From an uncultured Ignavibacterium sp. (GTDB lineage Bacteria > Bacteroidota > Ignavibacteria > Ignavibacteriales > Ignavibacteriaceae), in NCBI GenBank assembly GCA_964522885.1, contig CAZFZE010000010.1:11915-75914 (forward strand): a stretch of 64,000 nucleotides of DNA, read 5' to 3'. The notes beneath the pieces were generated by a model. That model was given only the letters and a program-made list of their open reading frames with translations, did not search any database and was not told where the DNA came from. This document shows, piece after piece, positions 26,994 to 37,002 of this stretch. A program made the position numbers and the translations under genes. Each line of letters begins with the position of its first letter. Positions within the stretch are counted from its first letter, which is position 1.

Positions 26994-27511
26994 ATTACCT
27001 GGACTATATAATTTTAGCAGCCGTTATTATTGGATTCATATTGGGATTCAAGGATGGTTTTGTTAGAAAGCTAATTGGAATTATCGGATTTATTCTTGCA
27101 GTAATTTTAGCTGTTTTACTTAGTAAAAGTACAGGCAAATTTATTGAAGCTATTTTTGGAATAGAATATTATCTGGCTGAAATAATGGGTGGCGTTGCTG
27201 TATTTGTTGCCATCATGATTGTAACTACAATATTAAAACGTGTTATACATCCATTCGATAAAGTAAATAATCTTATTAATCAGCTTGTTGGTGGATTTGT
27301 TGGAAGCATTCAATTACTTTTTTTTATCAGTGCATTATTATTGCTTCTAAACATATTCAATTTTCCTGATAAGCAGGAAAAAAAATCCTCAATGTTTTAT
27401 AATATGGCTTATGGAGTAATTCCTACAACTATTAATTTATTTAAAGATTATGCTCCAAAACCAGAAAATGTAATCAAAGATTATATCAATCAAAAAGACA
27501 CTCTTAAATGA
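26990..27511 (+). CDS. CvpA family membrane protein
   Basis: N-terminus NYLDYIILAAVIIGFILGFKDGFVRKL and four TM helices. The TTG start overlaps the upstream stop. Confidence 0.75.
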   Translation: MNYLDYIILAAVIIGFILGFKDGFVRKLIGIIGFILAVILAVLLSKSTGKFIEAIFGIEYYLAEIMGGVAVFVAIMIVTTILKRVIHPFDKVNNLINQLVGGFVGSIQLLFFISALLLLLNIFNFPDKQEKKSSMFYNMAYGVIPTTINLFKDYAPKPENVIKDYINQKDTLK

Positions 27512-29850
27512 TTGAACCTATAGTTCTTGAAAAATTAGAATTTAATAAAATCCTTAATCACATTTCCAATTTTGCTATAACTGAAGGCGGAAAGACCCAA
27601 GTAAATTCCATTTATCCATTCACCGATGTTAAAAAGATTCAGACAGAAGGTTATCTTGTAAGTGAAGCAAAAGAAATAATAATTAAAACTGGTCTTCCCC
27701 CGATTGACTATATTCCTAATCTTGAATCTTCACTTTCTGAAAGTAAAATTGAAGGTGCAGTACTCTCAATTCCAAAAGTGACTGAGATTTTAAAACTTGC
27801 AAAAATATCAAGATCTCTCCATCAATTCTTTAAAAAAGAATCTGAGCATGGATCGGTTTTTAATTCTGTTGTTCAAGATCTATTTATTGACAAGGTGTTT
27901 GAACATCATATAGAAAAAATTGTTAATGAAAATGGAGAGATAAAAGATAACGCAAGTACTACACTCTCTGATTTAAGACGAGAAATTATTTCTAAACGAT
28001 CTGATCTGATTAAATCTATAAATCGCATAATGAAGGGGCTGAAAGAAAGTGATATTGTACGTGAAGATTATCTTACTTTACGCGATGGAAGAATGGTCAT
28101 TCCGGTTAAAGCTGAACATAAAAGACACATCAGAGGATTCATTCATTCTGAATCTTCCACCGGACAAACAGTCTATATCGAACCTGAGGAAACGCTTGAT
28201 CTGAATAATGATCTTATTTCGCTTTCATTTGCTGAACGAAGAGAGATTGAAAGATTATTGAGGGAGTTAACTGCAAAAATCGGGCGAGAGAGTGAAAGAC
28301 TAAAAGAATCATTAAAAATAATCTCTTATATCGATTCAATTTTTGCACGGGCAAGGTATTCAATAGAAATAATTGGATCTTTCCCTGAAATAAACAACCA
28401 AAAAAATATCTTTTTATCTGATGCAAGACATCCGGTTCTTATCAAAAAATTGGGTAGACAAAATACTGTCCCTCTTAATTTTGAATTGACGGACGCCAAG
28501 GTGGTTCTTATTACAGGACCAAATGCCGGTGGTAAAACTGTTGTGCTAAAAACTTTGGGAATTCTTAGTCTTATGGTACAATCCGGTATTCATATTCCAG
28601 CAAGCCCGGATTCTAATTTTCATATCTTCACTAAAATATTACTTGATATAGGTGATCAACAATCGATTGAAGATGATTTATCAACATTTAGTTCTCATTT
28701 AACAAATCTAAATGAGATTATTCTAAAAGCTGATGAAAATAGTTTAGTATTATTAGATGAAATCGGAACAGGAACAGATCCGGCTGAAGGTTCTGCACTT
28801 GGAGCAGCAATTCTTAAAAAATTATTATATAAAAAATCAACCGTATTTGCATCCACCCATCATGGAAGTTTGAAAATTATTGCATATGATATACCCGGAA
28901 TGCAAAATGCGGCAATGCAATTCGATCATCAAAATTTATCACCTACTTATGTATTTAAACTTGGTACGCCTGGTTCTAGTTACGCATTTGAGATTGCTCA
29001 TAGAATCGGTTTAAGTAGTGAAATTATAAATGAAGCTAAAAACTTTATTGACACAGATAAACATAATTTAGAAAAATTTCTGTCAGAACTTGAAGAAAAA
29101 TCAAATAAACTTTCAGCAAAACTTAAGGAGCTTGAAGTAGAAAACGCCAGACTGAGTGGGCTTTCAAGTATGTACAAGAATAGTTATGAAAAACTTGAAA
29201 AAGAAAAAAAGGAGATACTTAAAAAAGTAAAATTAGAAGCTGAAGATTATTTGAACAGCATAAACAAGAAAATTGAAAAAGTTATAAAGGATTTGCGAGA
29301 GTCAAATGCCAGCAAAGATGTTATTAAATCTGCCCGTACAATAGTACAGGAAATTAAAAATGAAAATAAAACATTTGTTGCCGAAGAGATTGAAAAAGTT
29401 GAATTGACTAGAGATTTTACAGTTGGAGATTTTGTTGGAATTGAAAATTCAAGTACTACGGGTAAGATAATTGAAATACACAGAAACAAAGCAACGATTT
29501 TATCCGGTTCAATTAAAATGCAGGTCAAATTAAGTGATCTTTTTCATACTAAAGTAAAATTGGAGAACACTCCAACTAAGAGTTATGTTGATTACAGAAT
29601 GCCTGAAGCTAATTACAGACTTGATATAAGAGGGGAAAAACCTGAAGAAGCTGAATATCAAATCATTAAATTTCTTGATGAAGCACACCAGGCGGGACTT
29701 GACAGAGTTGAAATTTTACATGGTAAAGGTACCGGCGCTTTGAAAAAAACCGTTTGGGATATTTTAAAGGTTGACGATAGAATAAAATTGTTTAACTTTG
29801 CACCGATCGAATTCGGTGGTGAAGGAATTACAATTGTTGAATTAAAATAG
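27508..29850 (+). CDS. mutS2: endonuclease MutS2 (MutS domain plus C-terminal Smr)
   Basis: Walker A ITGPNAGGKT, LLDEIGTGTDP, coiled-coil region, and an Smr domain (LDIRG ... ILHGKGTGALK). Confidence 0.95.
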   Translation: MIEPIVLEKLEFNKILNHISNFAITEGGKTQVNSIYPFTDVKKIQTEGYLVSEAKEIIIKTGLPPIDYIPNLESSLSESKIEGAVLSIPKVTEILKLAKISRSLHQFFKKESEHGSVFNSVVQDLFIDKVFEHHIEKIVNENGEIKDNASTTLSDLRREIISKRSDLIKSINRIMKGLKESDIVREDYLTLRDGRMVIPVKAEHKRHIRGFIHSESSTGQTVYIEPEETLDLNNDLISLSFAERREIERLLRELTAKIGRESERLKESLKIISYIDSIFARARYSIEIIGSFPEINNQKNIFLSDARHPVLIKKLGRQNTVPLNFELTDAKVVLITGPNAGGKTVVLKTLGILSLMVQSGIHIPASPDSNFHIFTKILLDIGDQQSIEDDLSTFSSHLTNLNEIILKADENSLVLLDEIGTGTDPAEGSALGAAILKKLLYKKSTVFASTHHGSLKIIAYDIPGMQNAAMQFDHQNLSPTYVFKLGTPGSSYAFEIAHRIGLSSEIINEAKNFIDTDKHNLEKFLSELEEKSNKLSAKLKELEVENARLSGLSSMYKNSYEKLEKEKKEILKKVKLEAEDYLNSINKKIEKVIKDLRESNASKDVIKSARTIVQEIKNENKTFVAEEIEKVELTRDFTVGDFVGIENSSTTGKIIEIHRNKATILSGSIKMQVKLSDLFHTKVKLENTPTKSYVDYRMPEANYRLDIRGEKPEEAEYQIIKFLDEAHQAGLDRVEILHGKGTGALKKTVWDILKVDDRIKLFNFAPIEFGGEGITIVELK

Positions 29851-31350
29851 GTGTATACTTTGTTCAATAAAATTCTAATTGCTAATCGTGGTGAAATTGC
29901 TGTTCGAATAATCAGAGCCTGTAAGGAACTTGGAATTAAAACGGCTGCCATATATTCTGACGCTGATTTAACTGCAATGCATCCGAGACTTGCTGATGAA
30001 GCATATAATATTGGTGCGGCACTAGCTTTGGAATCCTACCTTAACATTGATAAAATTATTTCACTCGCTAAGCAAATAAATGCAGATGCAATTCATCCCG
30101 GTTATGGTTTCTTTTCAGAAAACCCTGAATTTATTAATGCTGTTGAAAAAGCAGGGATAACTTTTATTGGTCCAAAAGCATCATCAGTAGCAATGATGGG
30201 AAGCAAGACAGCAGCACGTGCATTGATGAGTAAAAACTCAGTCCCCGTTGTTCCAGGCTCATTAGAACCAATAAATAGTGTCGATGAAGGACTTCAATTT
30301 GCAAATAAAATAGGATACCCGGTTTTATTAAAAGCTGCTGCCGGAGGTGGTGGAAAGGGAATGAGAAAAGTATCTTCAGATGAAGAATTTCCTTCGGCTT
30401 TTGAATCAACCAAACGGGAAGCATTAAAATCGTTTGCAAATGATGAAGTTTACATTGAAAAATTTATTGATAATCCAAAACATATTGAAGTTCAGGTTAT
30501 TGCTGATAAGCACGGAAATTACAGACATCTTTTTGAGAGAGAATGTTCTATTCAAAGACGGCATCAAAAAGTGATTGAAGAATCCCCATCATCATTTGTT
30601 GATGATGAAGCAAGGAGAAAAATTACACAAGCCGCCATTAATGCTGCAAAAGCCTGTAACTATATTAATGCAGGGACAATTGAATTCTTGATGGATGCCA
30701 ACAAGCAGTTTTATTTCCTTGAAATGAATACAAGAATACAAGTGGAGCATCCTGTTACAGAATTAATTTCGGGTGTTGATCTGGTTAAGGAACAAATATC
30801 AATTGCTGCTGGTAATAAAATTTCATTTGAACAAGAGGATTTGAAAATTAATGGTTATGCTTTAGAATGTAGAATATATGCAGAAGATCCTTCAAATAAC
30901 TTTATGCCTTCGACGGGGACAATATTGAATTATTCAGAACCAGGTGGTCCCGGCGTTCGGGTTGATTCTGGATTTTCTACTGGTTCAGAAATTTCCATTC
31001 ACTATGATCCAATGATCTCCAAATTAATTTGCTGGGATAAAGAGAGAGAAAAAACTATCAAAAGAATGCTTAGAGCATTAGATGAATATAAAATTGATGG
31101 TGTAATAAACAATATTGCATTCCTTAAGTTTATTTTGGGCAAAAATGAATTCAGAAAAGGGAACTATGATATTCATTTTATTGATAAACTTTTTAATGAT
31201 AAAATCCTAACATTTTCTGATGAAGTATCAGATGATCTTCAATCTGCTTCATTTATCTTTGCTGCTTTGTTAAAGAATAAGAAAAACGGGATTCAGAAAT
31301 CCGTTCAAGTAAAAAATGGCAATAAATGGCGGGATCAATTATATGGTTGA
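29851..31350 (+). CDS. accC: biotin carboxylase (acetyl/acyl-CoA carboxylase subunit)
   Basis: KILIANRGEIAVRIIRAC, GYGFLSEN-like, KAAAGGGGKGMR and EMNTRIQVEHPVTE. The GTG start abuts the mutS2 stop. Confidence 0.92.
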   Translation: MYTLFNKILIANRGEIAVRIIRACKELGIKTAAIYSDADLTAMHPRLADEAYNIGAALALESYLNIDKIISLAKQINADAIHPGYGFFSENPEFINAVEKAGITFIGPKASSVAMMGSKTAARALMSKNSVPVVPGSLEPINSVDEGLQFANKIGYPVLLKAAAGGGGKGMRKVSSDEEFPSAFESTKREALKSFANDEVYIEKFIDNPKHIEVQVIADKHGNYRHLFERECSIQRRHQKVIEESPSSFVDDEARRKITQAAINAAKACNYINAGTIEFLMDANKQFYFLEMNTRIQVEHPVTELISGVDLVKEQISIAAGNKISFEQEDLKINGYALECRIYAEDPSNNFMPSTGTILNYSEPGGPGVRVDSGFSTGSEISIHYDPMISKLICWDKEREKTIKRMLRALDEYKIDGVINNIAFLKFILGKNEFRKGNYDIHFIDKLFNDKILTFSDEVSDDLQSASFIFAALLKNKKNGIQKSVQVKNGNKWRDQLYG

Positions 31351-31846
31351 ATACATAGTTTCTAATGAAGACATATCTCGGGAAATAAAAGTTATTGATG
31401 ATCAATCAATAATGATAGATGGGGTCAAGAAAAATTATACTTTACTGGAAATTGGCAACAACAAATACCTGTTGAAAATAGATAATAAACTATTTGAGTC
31501 ATTTTTGATCACAAGTGTAAATAGTAGTTTTGAAATAGCAGTTAATCAAAAATCATATAAAGTTAATGTACTTACTGCCTTACAGGATAAAGCGTTAAAA
31601 TTAATACAGCAAAACAATCCAAACAAAAACAAACAAACTCAAATAAAATCTCCAATGCCTGGTTTGGTTCTAAAAATTAATAAGATAATTGGTGATAAAG
31701 TTCGAAAAGGTGAAACCGTAATGGTTTTGGAAGCTATGAAAATGGAAAATGAAATTAAGTCACCAACCGATGGTGAAATTTCAGAATTATATATCAAAGC
31801 TGGTCAAACAATAGAAAAAAATTTTTTGCTGTTTTCAGTAAAATAA
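31343..31846 (+). CDS. biotin carboxyl carrier / biotinyl-lipoyl domain protein
   Basis: C-terminal EAMKMENEI biotinylation motif. The ATG at 31343 overlaps the accC stop (ATGGTTGA). Confidence 0.8.
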   Translation: MVEYIVSNEDISREIKVIDDQSIMIDGVKKNYTLLEIGNNKYLLKIDNKLFESFLITSVNSSFEIAVNQKSYKVNVLTALQDKALKLIQQNNPNKNKQTQIKSPMPGLVLKINKIIGDKVRKGETVMVLEAMKMENEIKSPTDGEISELYIKAGQTIEKNFLLFSVK

Positions 31847-31915
31847 TTTGTTATTTATAAAAAATTGCTAATTTTCGCTAATTACAAATCAATAAACTTC
31901 ATCAGGAGGAGAAAA

Positions 31916-33157
31916 GTGAGATCAAAGTTACTTTTTCTTGTCGTCACCTTATCGTTGGTTGCTGCCAATATTTATGCTGGTGGTTTTCAACTTAATGAGC
32001 ATGGAGCTAAAGCTCTTGCTATGGGAGGTGCATTTACAGCAGTTGCTAATGATCCATCTGCTATTTACTGGAATGGGGCTGGTTTATCACAGCTTTCAGG
32101 TACACATATTATGTTAGGTACATCTTTAATTGCACCACAAAGCAGTTTTAGAGGTGTATATCCTGACATAACTAAGTATAGAGCTAAGAATTTAGTATTC
32201 TTTCCAACACATTTTTTTGCTTCACATGCTTTTAATGAAAAATTTTCTGTTGGATTAGGTTTCACAACTCCATTTGGTCTTGGAACTGAGTGGGATGATA
32301 ATTGGGTAGGTAAATATCTTGCAACAAAAACCTCACTAATGACTTTCATTGTAACTCCTGTCGTAACATATTCACCTATAAAAGAATTATCAATCAGTGC
32401 AGGTTTTATTTATAGTTTTGCAAATGTAACTATAGAAAGAAAAATTCAACCAAGCACAATCCTTGCTAATGATGCATACATTAAATTGACAGGCGATGAT
32501 AAAGCTGCATTTGGATTTAATGCAGGAATAATGATTAAACCAGTTGACTTTTTGTCTATCGGAGCTTCATATCATAGTGAAGTAAAATATGATTTTAAAG
32601 GCACAGCAGAAACAACCGGTCCACAACAACTTGCATCACAATTACCTTCAGGCGATATTTCAGCAAATCTTACTACTCCACAAAACATCGCTGTTGGTGT
32701 TGCAGTTGATGTAAATAAAGATCTTAAAGTAAGTGCTGATTATCAATATGTTGGCTGGTCAAGTTATGATAAACTTGAAGTTACTTTTGAAGAAAGTGGA
32801 GTTGTTAGTTCGAGCCCAAGAAATTATAAAAATTCTTATATCCTTAGATTAGGCGCGGACTACAGACTTAATCAACAAGTAAGTTTAATGGGCGGAATTT
32901 ATTTTGATAAAAACCCTGTATCTACTGCTTATCTAAATCCTTCTTTACCGGAAGCTGACAGGTTAGGACTTAGCTTTGGAGTGGAAGGAAGACTATTTGA
33001 CAATCTTACAATTACAGGATCCTATCTTTTCATTCGTGCAAAACAGTTGACTGTTAGTGATTCTAAAGAAATTTACTCTGGAACAAGCAGCACTTTTAAT
33101 GGCACTTATAATTCCAGTGCTAATATCTTCTCGCTTGGTTTTGTTTATAGCTTTTAA
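31916..33157 (+). CDS. FadL/OmpP1/TodX-family outer membrane hydrophobic-compound channel
   Basis: GGFQLNEHGAKALAMGGAFTAVANDPSAIYWNGAGL and a C-terminal Phe. The GTG start at 31916 is preceded by AGGAGG. Confidence 0.85.
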   Translation: MRSKLLFLVVTLSLVAANIYAGGFQLNEHGAKALAMGGAFTAVANDPSAIYWNGAGLSQLSGTHIMLGTSLIAPQSSFRGVYPDITKYRAKNLVFFPTHFFASHAFNEKFSVGLGFTTPFGLGTEWDDNWVGKYLATKTSLMTFIVTPVVTYSPIKELSISAGFIYSFANVTIERKIQPSTILANDAYIKLTGDDKAAFGFNAGIMIKPVDFLSIGASYHSEVKYDFKGTAETTGPQQLASQLPSGDISANLTTPQNIAVGVAVDVNKDLKVSADYQYVGWSSYDKLEVTFEESGVVSSSPRNYKNSYILRLGADYRLNQQVSLMGGIYFDKNPVSTAYLNPSLPEADRLGLSFGVEGRLFDNLTITGSYLFIRAKQLTVSDSKEIYSGTSSTFNGTYNSSANIFSLGFVYSF

Positions 33158-33172
33158 GGAGGAAGAATTAAA

Positions 33173-34618
33173 ATGAAAATTAAATTTATAGTCTCGTTAT
33201 TTTTATCAGTACTTATATTCGTTAGCTGTGATGATTATACTGATTTAACACCGGTTGTTAAAGATAAAATGAGTGGTAATGCTAATTTTACAAAATATGT
33301 TGCTTTAGGAAACAGCATCACTTCAGGTTATCAAAATGGCACTTTATACGAAAGTGCTCAGATGTATGCATATCCAAATCTAATCGCCAAACAAGTAGGA
33401 ACATCATTTGAAATGCCTTTGATTTCGGATCCGGGTTTAGGCGGTAGGATGGAAATTCAAAGTATGGATCCTTTCGTAATTTATACAAATAAATCAGCAG
33501 GTGCACCTTTAAACTCATCCTATCCTGCACCATATAATAATTTAGGAGTACCAGGTGCATTAACTTATGATATGTTATTTGCAACAAACTCTACGACTTG
33601 TGCTTCATATGTATATGCACATACACCTAATCCTTACTTTGATCTAATTCTAAGAAATAGTGCCCTTAATATTGGAACACCATTACAACAAGCTATCGCT
33701 CAATCACCTACATTTATCACTTTGTGGATAGGTAACAATGATGTATTAGGTTATGCAACAAGCGGTGGAACATCACCATCAGCTCCAACTCCAGTTAATG
33801 ATTTTCAGCAAATGTATGGTGGAATAGCACAAAACCTTGCTCAATATGCTTCACAATCAGGTGCAAAAGTTGTTGTTGCAAATATTCCAAATGTTGCAGC
33901 AATTCCATTCTTTACAACAGTTGGTGCTCAGATTGCAATTAATCCAAATATACCTTGGAGTCAATTACCATTAGGTTTTGTATATCAGAAAGCTGGTGAA
34001 ACTAGTATTGCAACAGGTTCAGCCACTCAAAACGATCTATTAACAGGTAAAATATTAGTTACCTTACAAGGCAGTACCTATGCAGCATTGTTAGGACAAC
34101 CCACAGGTAAATTTTATAGAGATTATCATTATCCAGCTTTGCCAGTTGGAATTGATACAACTAAGCCATTTGGATTCCATCCACAAAATCCATTTCCTAA
34201 TCCTTTCGTTTTGGATCAGGGTGAAATAACCATCGCAAATAATACTGTTGCACAATATAATTCAATTATTGCTGGATTAGCACAAAACTTCGGGTTTGGT
34301 TTAGTTGATATTAATACAAAGTTCAATCAATTTAGAGCAGCTGATTTTTCTGGTGGTACTGTTATAAACGGCATTACATTCAAAACTTTGTATGTAACAG
34401 GTGGATTGTTTGGCTTAGATGGTGTCCATCCAACAAATCAAGCACAAGCTATAATCGCCAATGAATTTATTAAAGTAATAAACAGTAAATTTGGTGCAAG
34501 TATTCCTTTGATAGATGTTGGTGCAATTCCTGGAAGTTTAATTTTGCATAAGGCAGTGCAATATAAAAATGGTTATCCAATAATTCCGAAGGAAGCATTT
34601 GATCATTTATTGTTCTAA
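33173..34618 (+). CDS. SGNH/GDSL hydrolase-family lipoprotein
   Basis: Lipobox FVSC, block I GNSITSGY, block III GNND and block V DGVHPT. Confidence 0.7.
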   Translation: MKIKFIVSLFLSVLIFVSCDDYTDLTPVVKDKMSGNANFTKYVALGNSITSGYQNGTLYESAQMYAYPNLIAKQVGTSFEMPLISDPGLGGRMEIQSMDPFVIYTNKSAGAPLNSSYPAPYNNLGVPGALTYDMLFATNSTTCASYVYAHTPNPYFDLILRNSALNIGTPLQQAIAQSPTFITLWIGNNDVLGYATSGGTSPSAPTPVNDFQQMYGGIAQNLAQYASQSGAKVVVANIPNVAAIPFFTTVGAQIAINPNIPWSQLPLGFVYQKAGETSIATGSATQNDLLTGKILVTLQGSTYAALLGQPTGKFYRDYHYPALPVGIDTTKPFGFHPQNPFPNPFVLDQGEITIANNTVAQYNSIIAGLAQNFGFGLVDINTKFNQFRAADFSGGTVINGITFKTLYVTGGLFGLDGVHPTNQAQAIIANEFIKVINSKFGASIPLIDVGAIPGSLILHKAVQYKNGYPIIPKEAFDHLLF

Positions 34619-34640
34619 AAAATAATAAATATTTGTTATT

Positions 34641-34668
34641 AAGGGATGGTTTACCATCCCTTTTTTTT
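34641..34668 (+). terminator. Rho-independent terminator
   Basis: AAGGGATGG / CCATCCCTT stem with a short loop, followed by T8. Confidence 0.8.
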
Positions 34669-34702
34669 ATACATTTTGAACAACAAATTTTTGAGGCATA
34701 AA

Positions 34703-35113
34703 ATGAGATTATATTTTTATTCATTATCATTAATAATTTTGATATTATCTTTCGTTGGTTGTACAAGCTCTCAACAGTCAGCAGGAGAAGATAAAGTTTA
34801 TGTATTCGATGAAATACCCAAAGAAAATACCATTGAGGCTCCAAAAACAGGTGAGTATCCAAATCTTAGCGAAACTTATTATGTTGTTCAAATTGGTGCG
34901 TTTACAACTAAAGACAGAGCTGATCAATTTGCAGCTATGAGCAGAACTAAAATTAAAAATGATATAAATATTACTTATAGTGATGCCGTAAAATTATATG
35001 TTGTTCAGATAAATCCTTTTTATAAATCAAAGAAGGAAGCGGAATTAGTAAGAGATGAGATCAGACAGATTCCTGATTTTAATGATGCGTGGATAGTGAC
35101 AGTTAATAAATGA
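34703..35113 (+). CDS. SPOR-domain lipoprotein
   Basis: Signal and lipobox (SFVGC), and a C-terminal SPOR pattern YYVVQIGAFTTKDRA ... YVVQINPF..K.EA. Confidence 0.75.
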   Translation: MRLYFYSLSLIILILSFVGCTSSQQSAGEDKVYVFDEIPKENTIEAPKTGEYPNLSETYYVVQIGAFTTKDRADQFAAMSRTKIKNDINITYSDAVKLYVVQINPFYKSKKEAELVRDEIRQIPDFNDAWIVTVNK

Positions 35114-35160
35114 AAATGGCTAATTTAAAATTGACTAGTTGATTTTAGATTTTTAATCAA

Positions 35161-36390
35161 TTATTCATACCAGGAAACAATTTCATAACCACCAGTTCCC
35201 GGAAAGAACGGGGGAGAAGCGACCATAAATCTGTCATCATATTTATACTGTTTTGCAAAACCGTGAAGTATTGTTGTTCCGCTAAATGTTCCAACAGCTT
35301 GTCTTGTATTTTGAATAATCCCACCAACGAGATTTATATTACCACTTACTGGTCGGGTGTCATAATTTTGTGCACCAAATCCTCCATTCTGAACGTAAAT
35401 TGATGCATTAATATTTATATTACTTTTATTGGGTAAATTATCTGTAATTAAAACATTGTTTTGGGCTACTATACCAAGCATATCAGTACAGGTAGGATCA
35501 GTTTTGGGATTATGTTTATAAACAATATCGTCATCAAGATAAACTGTTCCTGTAGTTGATGTGGTGCCTGAACAACCTAAAGTATAAGCTCCGCTAATTG
35601 TGCCCTGCATATGAATATTCCCATTTTCTACATAAATTACACCATTAGGAGCAGAACTGGGCAAAAATAGAGTGTCAGTGTAAGGACCTGTACTAGTAGT
35701 TCGATAATAAAGATAATCACCATCAAACTGCATGTAGAGAGTTTTTCCTTTTGCATTATAATAAAATCCGCCATCAGTAGCAGGAGTTTTTAATGCCGAA
35801 ACTCCATTTGTAGGCATAGGTAAATCCACACCTTGCTCATAACCTCCATGAAAATAAGGTGCATCCGTCTTCTGATTTGTGTAATACAAAATAGATTTTT
35901 TCGAACTTGCTTTTCCATAAAAAGAAGGATGGTAAGCAGCTCTCAAATAATCCTGCGTATGAAACGGGCCCCATACTGTATCCTTATTCACCCACCAGAT
36001 ATTTCCATTTTCACTAATTGAATAGTACGCAAATTTAGAAAATTTACTTGGTGATAATGTGACTTTAACTTTACTGGTATCATGGTCATAAATTCCAATT
36101 GCATAAATTTGTCTGATGTTCTTAAAAGCATCCAAAACATTTACAGCGACATAGAGTTTACCATTCTGGTAGTCCAGATTATTGTAACCGGTGGTCCAGG
36201 TAGGGTCTAGGAAAATTTGATTGGCAGCCATATTGGCTCCGCTAACAGCTATATTATGCGCAGTTGTTTGATTATAATATTCAATATAGTTATCTGTCAT
36301 TCTTCCAGAAACATCATTATAGAATTGACCAGCAATCATAAATAACAAGCTAAATCCCATCACAACTAAAAATATTGCTTTGCCACTCAT
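35161..36390 (-). CDS. PilX-like type IV pilus/pseudopilus minor component (hypothetical)
   Basis: N-terminal hydrophobic helix GKAIFLVVMGFSLLFMIAG followed by AHNIAVSGANMAANQI. The Gly/Thr/Asn-rich body has two Cys. The C-terminus is YDDRF..ASPPFFP. Confidence 0.4.
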   Translation of the reverse strand: MSGKAIFLVVMGFSLLFMIAGQFYNDVSGRMTDNYIEYYNQTTAHNIAVSGANMAANQIFLDPTWTTGYNNLDYQNGKLYVAVNVLDAFKNIRQIYAIGIYDHDTSKVKVTLSPSKFSKFAYYSISENGNIWWVNKDTVWGPFHTQDYLRAAYHPSFYGKASSKKSILYYTNQKTDAPYFHGGYEQGVDLPMPTNGVSALKTPATDGGFYYNAKGKTLYMQFDGDYLYYRTTSTGPYTDTLFLPSSAPNGVIYVENGNIHMQGTISGAYTLGCSGTTSTTGTVYLDDDIVYKHNPKTDPTCTDMLGIVAQNNVLITDNLPNKSNININASIYVQNGGFGAQNYDTRPVSGNINLVGGIIQNTRQAVGTFSGTTILHGFAKQYKYDDRFMVASPPFFPGTGGYEIVSWYE

Positions 36391-36399
36391 ATTGTACCC

Positions 36400-36993
36400 C
36401 TATCTGTTTCTTAAGTTTCTTGCTAACAATCTGATTTGCTTCCAAAATGCAGATGAATATTTTTCATCATAAGCAAACACAGTTTCAACCTGAACATTTA
36501 TTTCGTATGAATTGATTAATGATGGTTGTGTTATTGGTTGATGTAAAGTATCTCCAAGTGCATCAAAATATTTTAAGAAAAACTGTGTTACACCCAAATT
36601 TATTGCTGCAGGGGGTTGATTATTAATTTTTCTATAGAAATATCTGTCTCTGGGATTTGGAGTTGATGTTAAGTAATCGCCAATATAATAGCTAATTGTA
36701 TCCATCTTTCCATTATCATCATAATCAGCATAAAATGAAATACTGTTTGTTGTTGCGCTTATAATTGACTTGGTTGGATCTGGAAATTTCTGCCAGTCCT
36801 TGCAATAGCCCATTTTACGAAAATCATATTCCATAATTTGCGCTATTGTAACAAGATTCTGCTGAAGCGAAAGTTCCCCGCCGTAATTTGTAGTTTTTTC
36901 GGTAGCAGTATCATTTAGCCTTAGGACTATTATAAGCAGTATGCCGCCCATAATTGTTGACCCAAGAATATCTATAATTGTGCTGAATCCCAT
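36400..36993 (-). CDS. PilW/GspJ-like pseudopilin (hypothetical)
   Basis: The N-terminus MGFSTIIDILG resembles the G/FTLIE prepilin motif. LQQNLVTIAQIMEYDFRKMGY resembles the PilW/PulJ helix. ISFYADYDDNGKMDTISYY resembles the PulJ beta region. Confidence 0.45.
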   Translation of the reverse strand: MGFSTIIDILGSTIMGGILLIIVLRLNDTATEKTTNYGGELSLQQNLVTIAQIMEYDFRKMGYCKDWQKFPDPTKSIISATTNSISFYADYDDNGKMDTISYYIGDYLTSTPNPRDRYFYRKINNQPPAAINLGVTQFFLKYFDALGDTLHQPITQPSLINSYEINVQVETVFAYDEKYSSAFWKQIRLLARNLRNR

Positions 36994-37002
36994 AATATTA
37001 TC

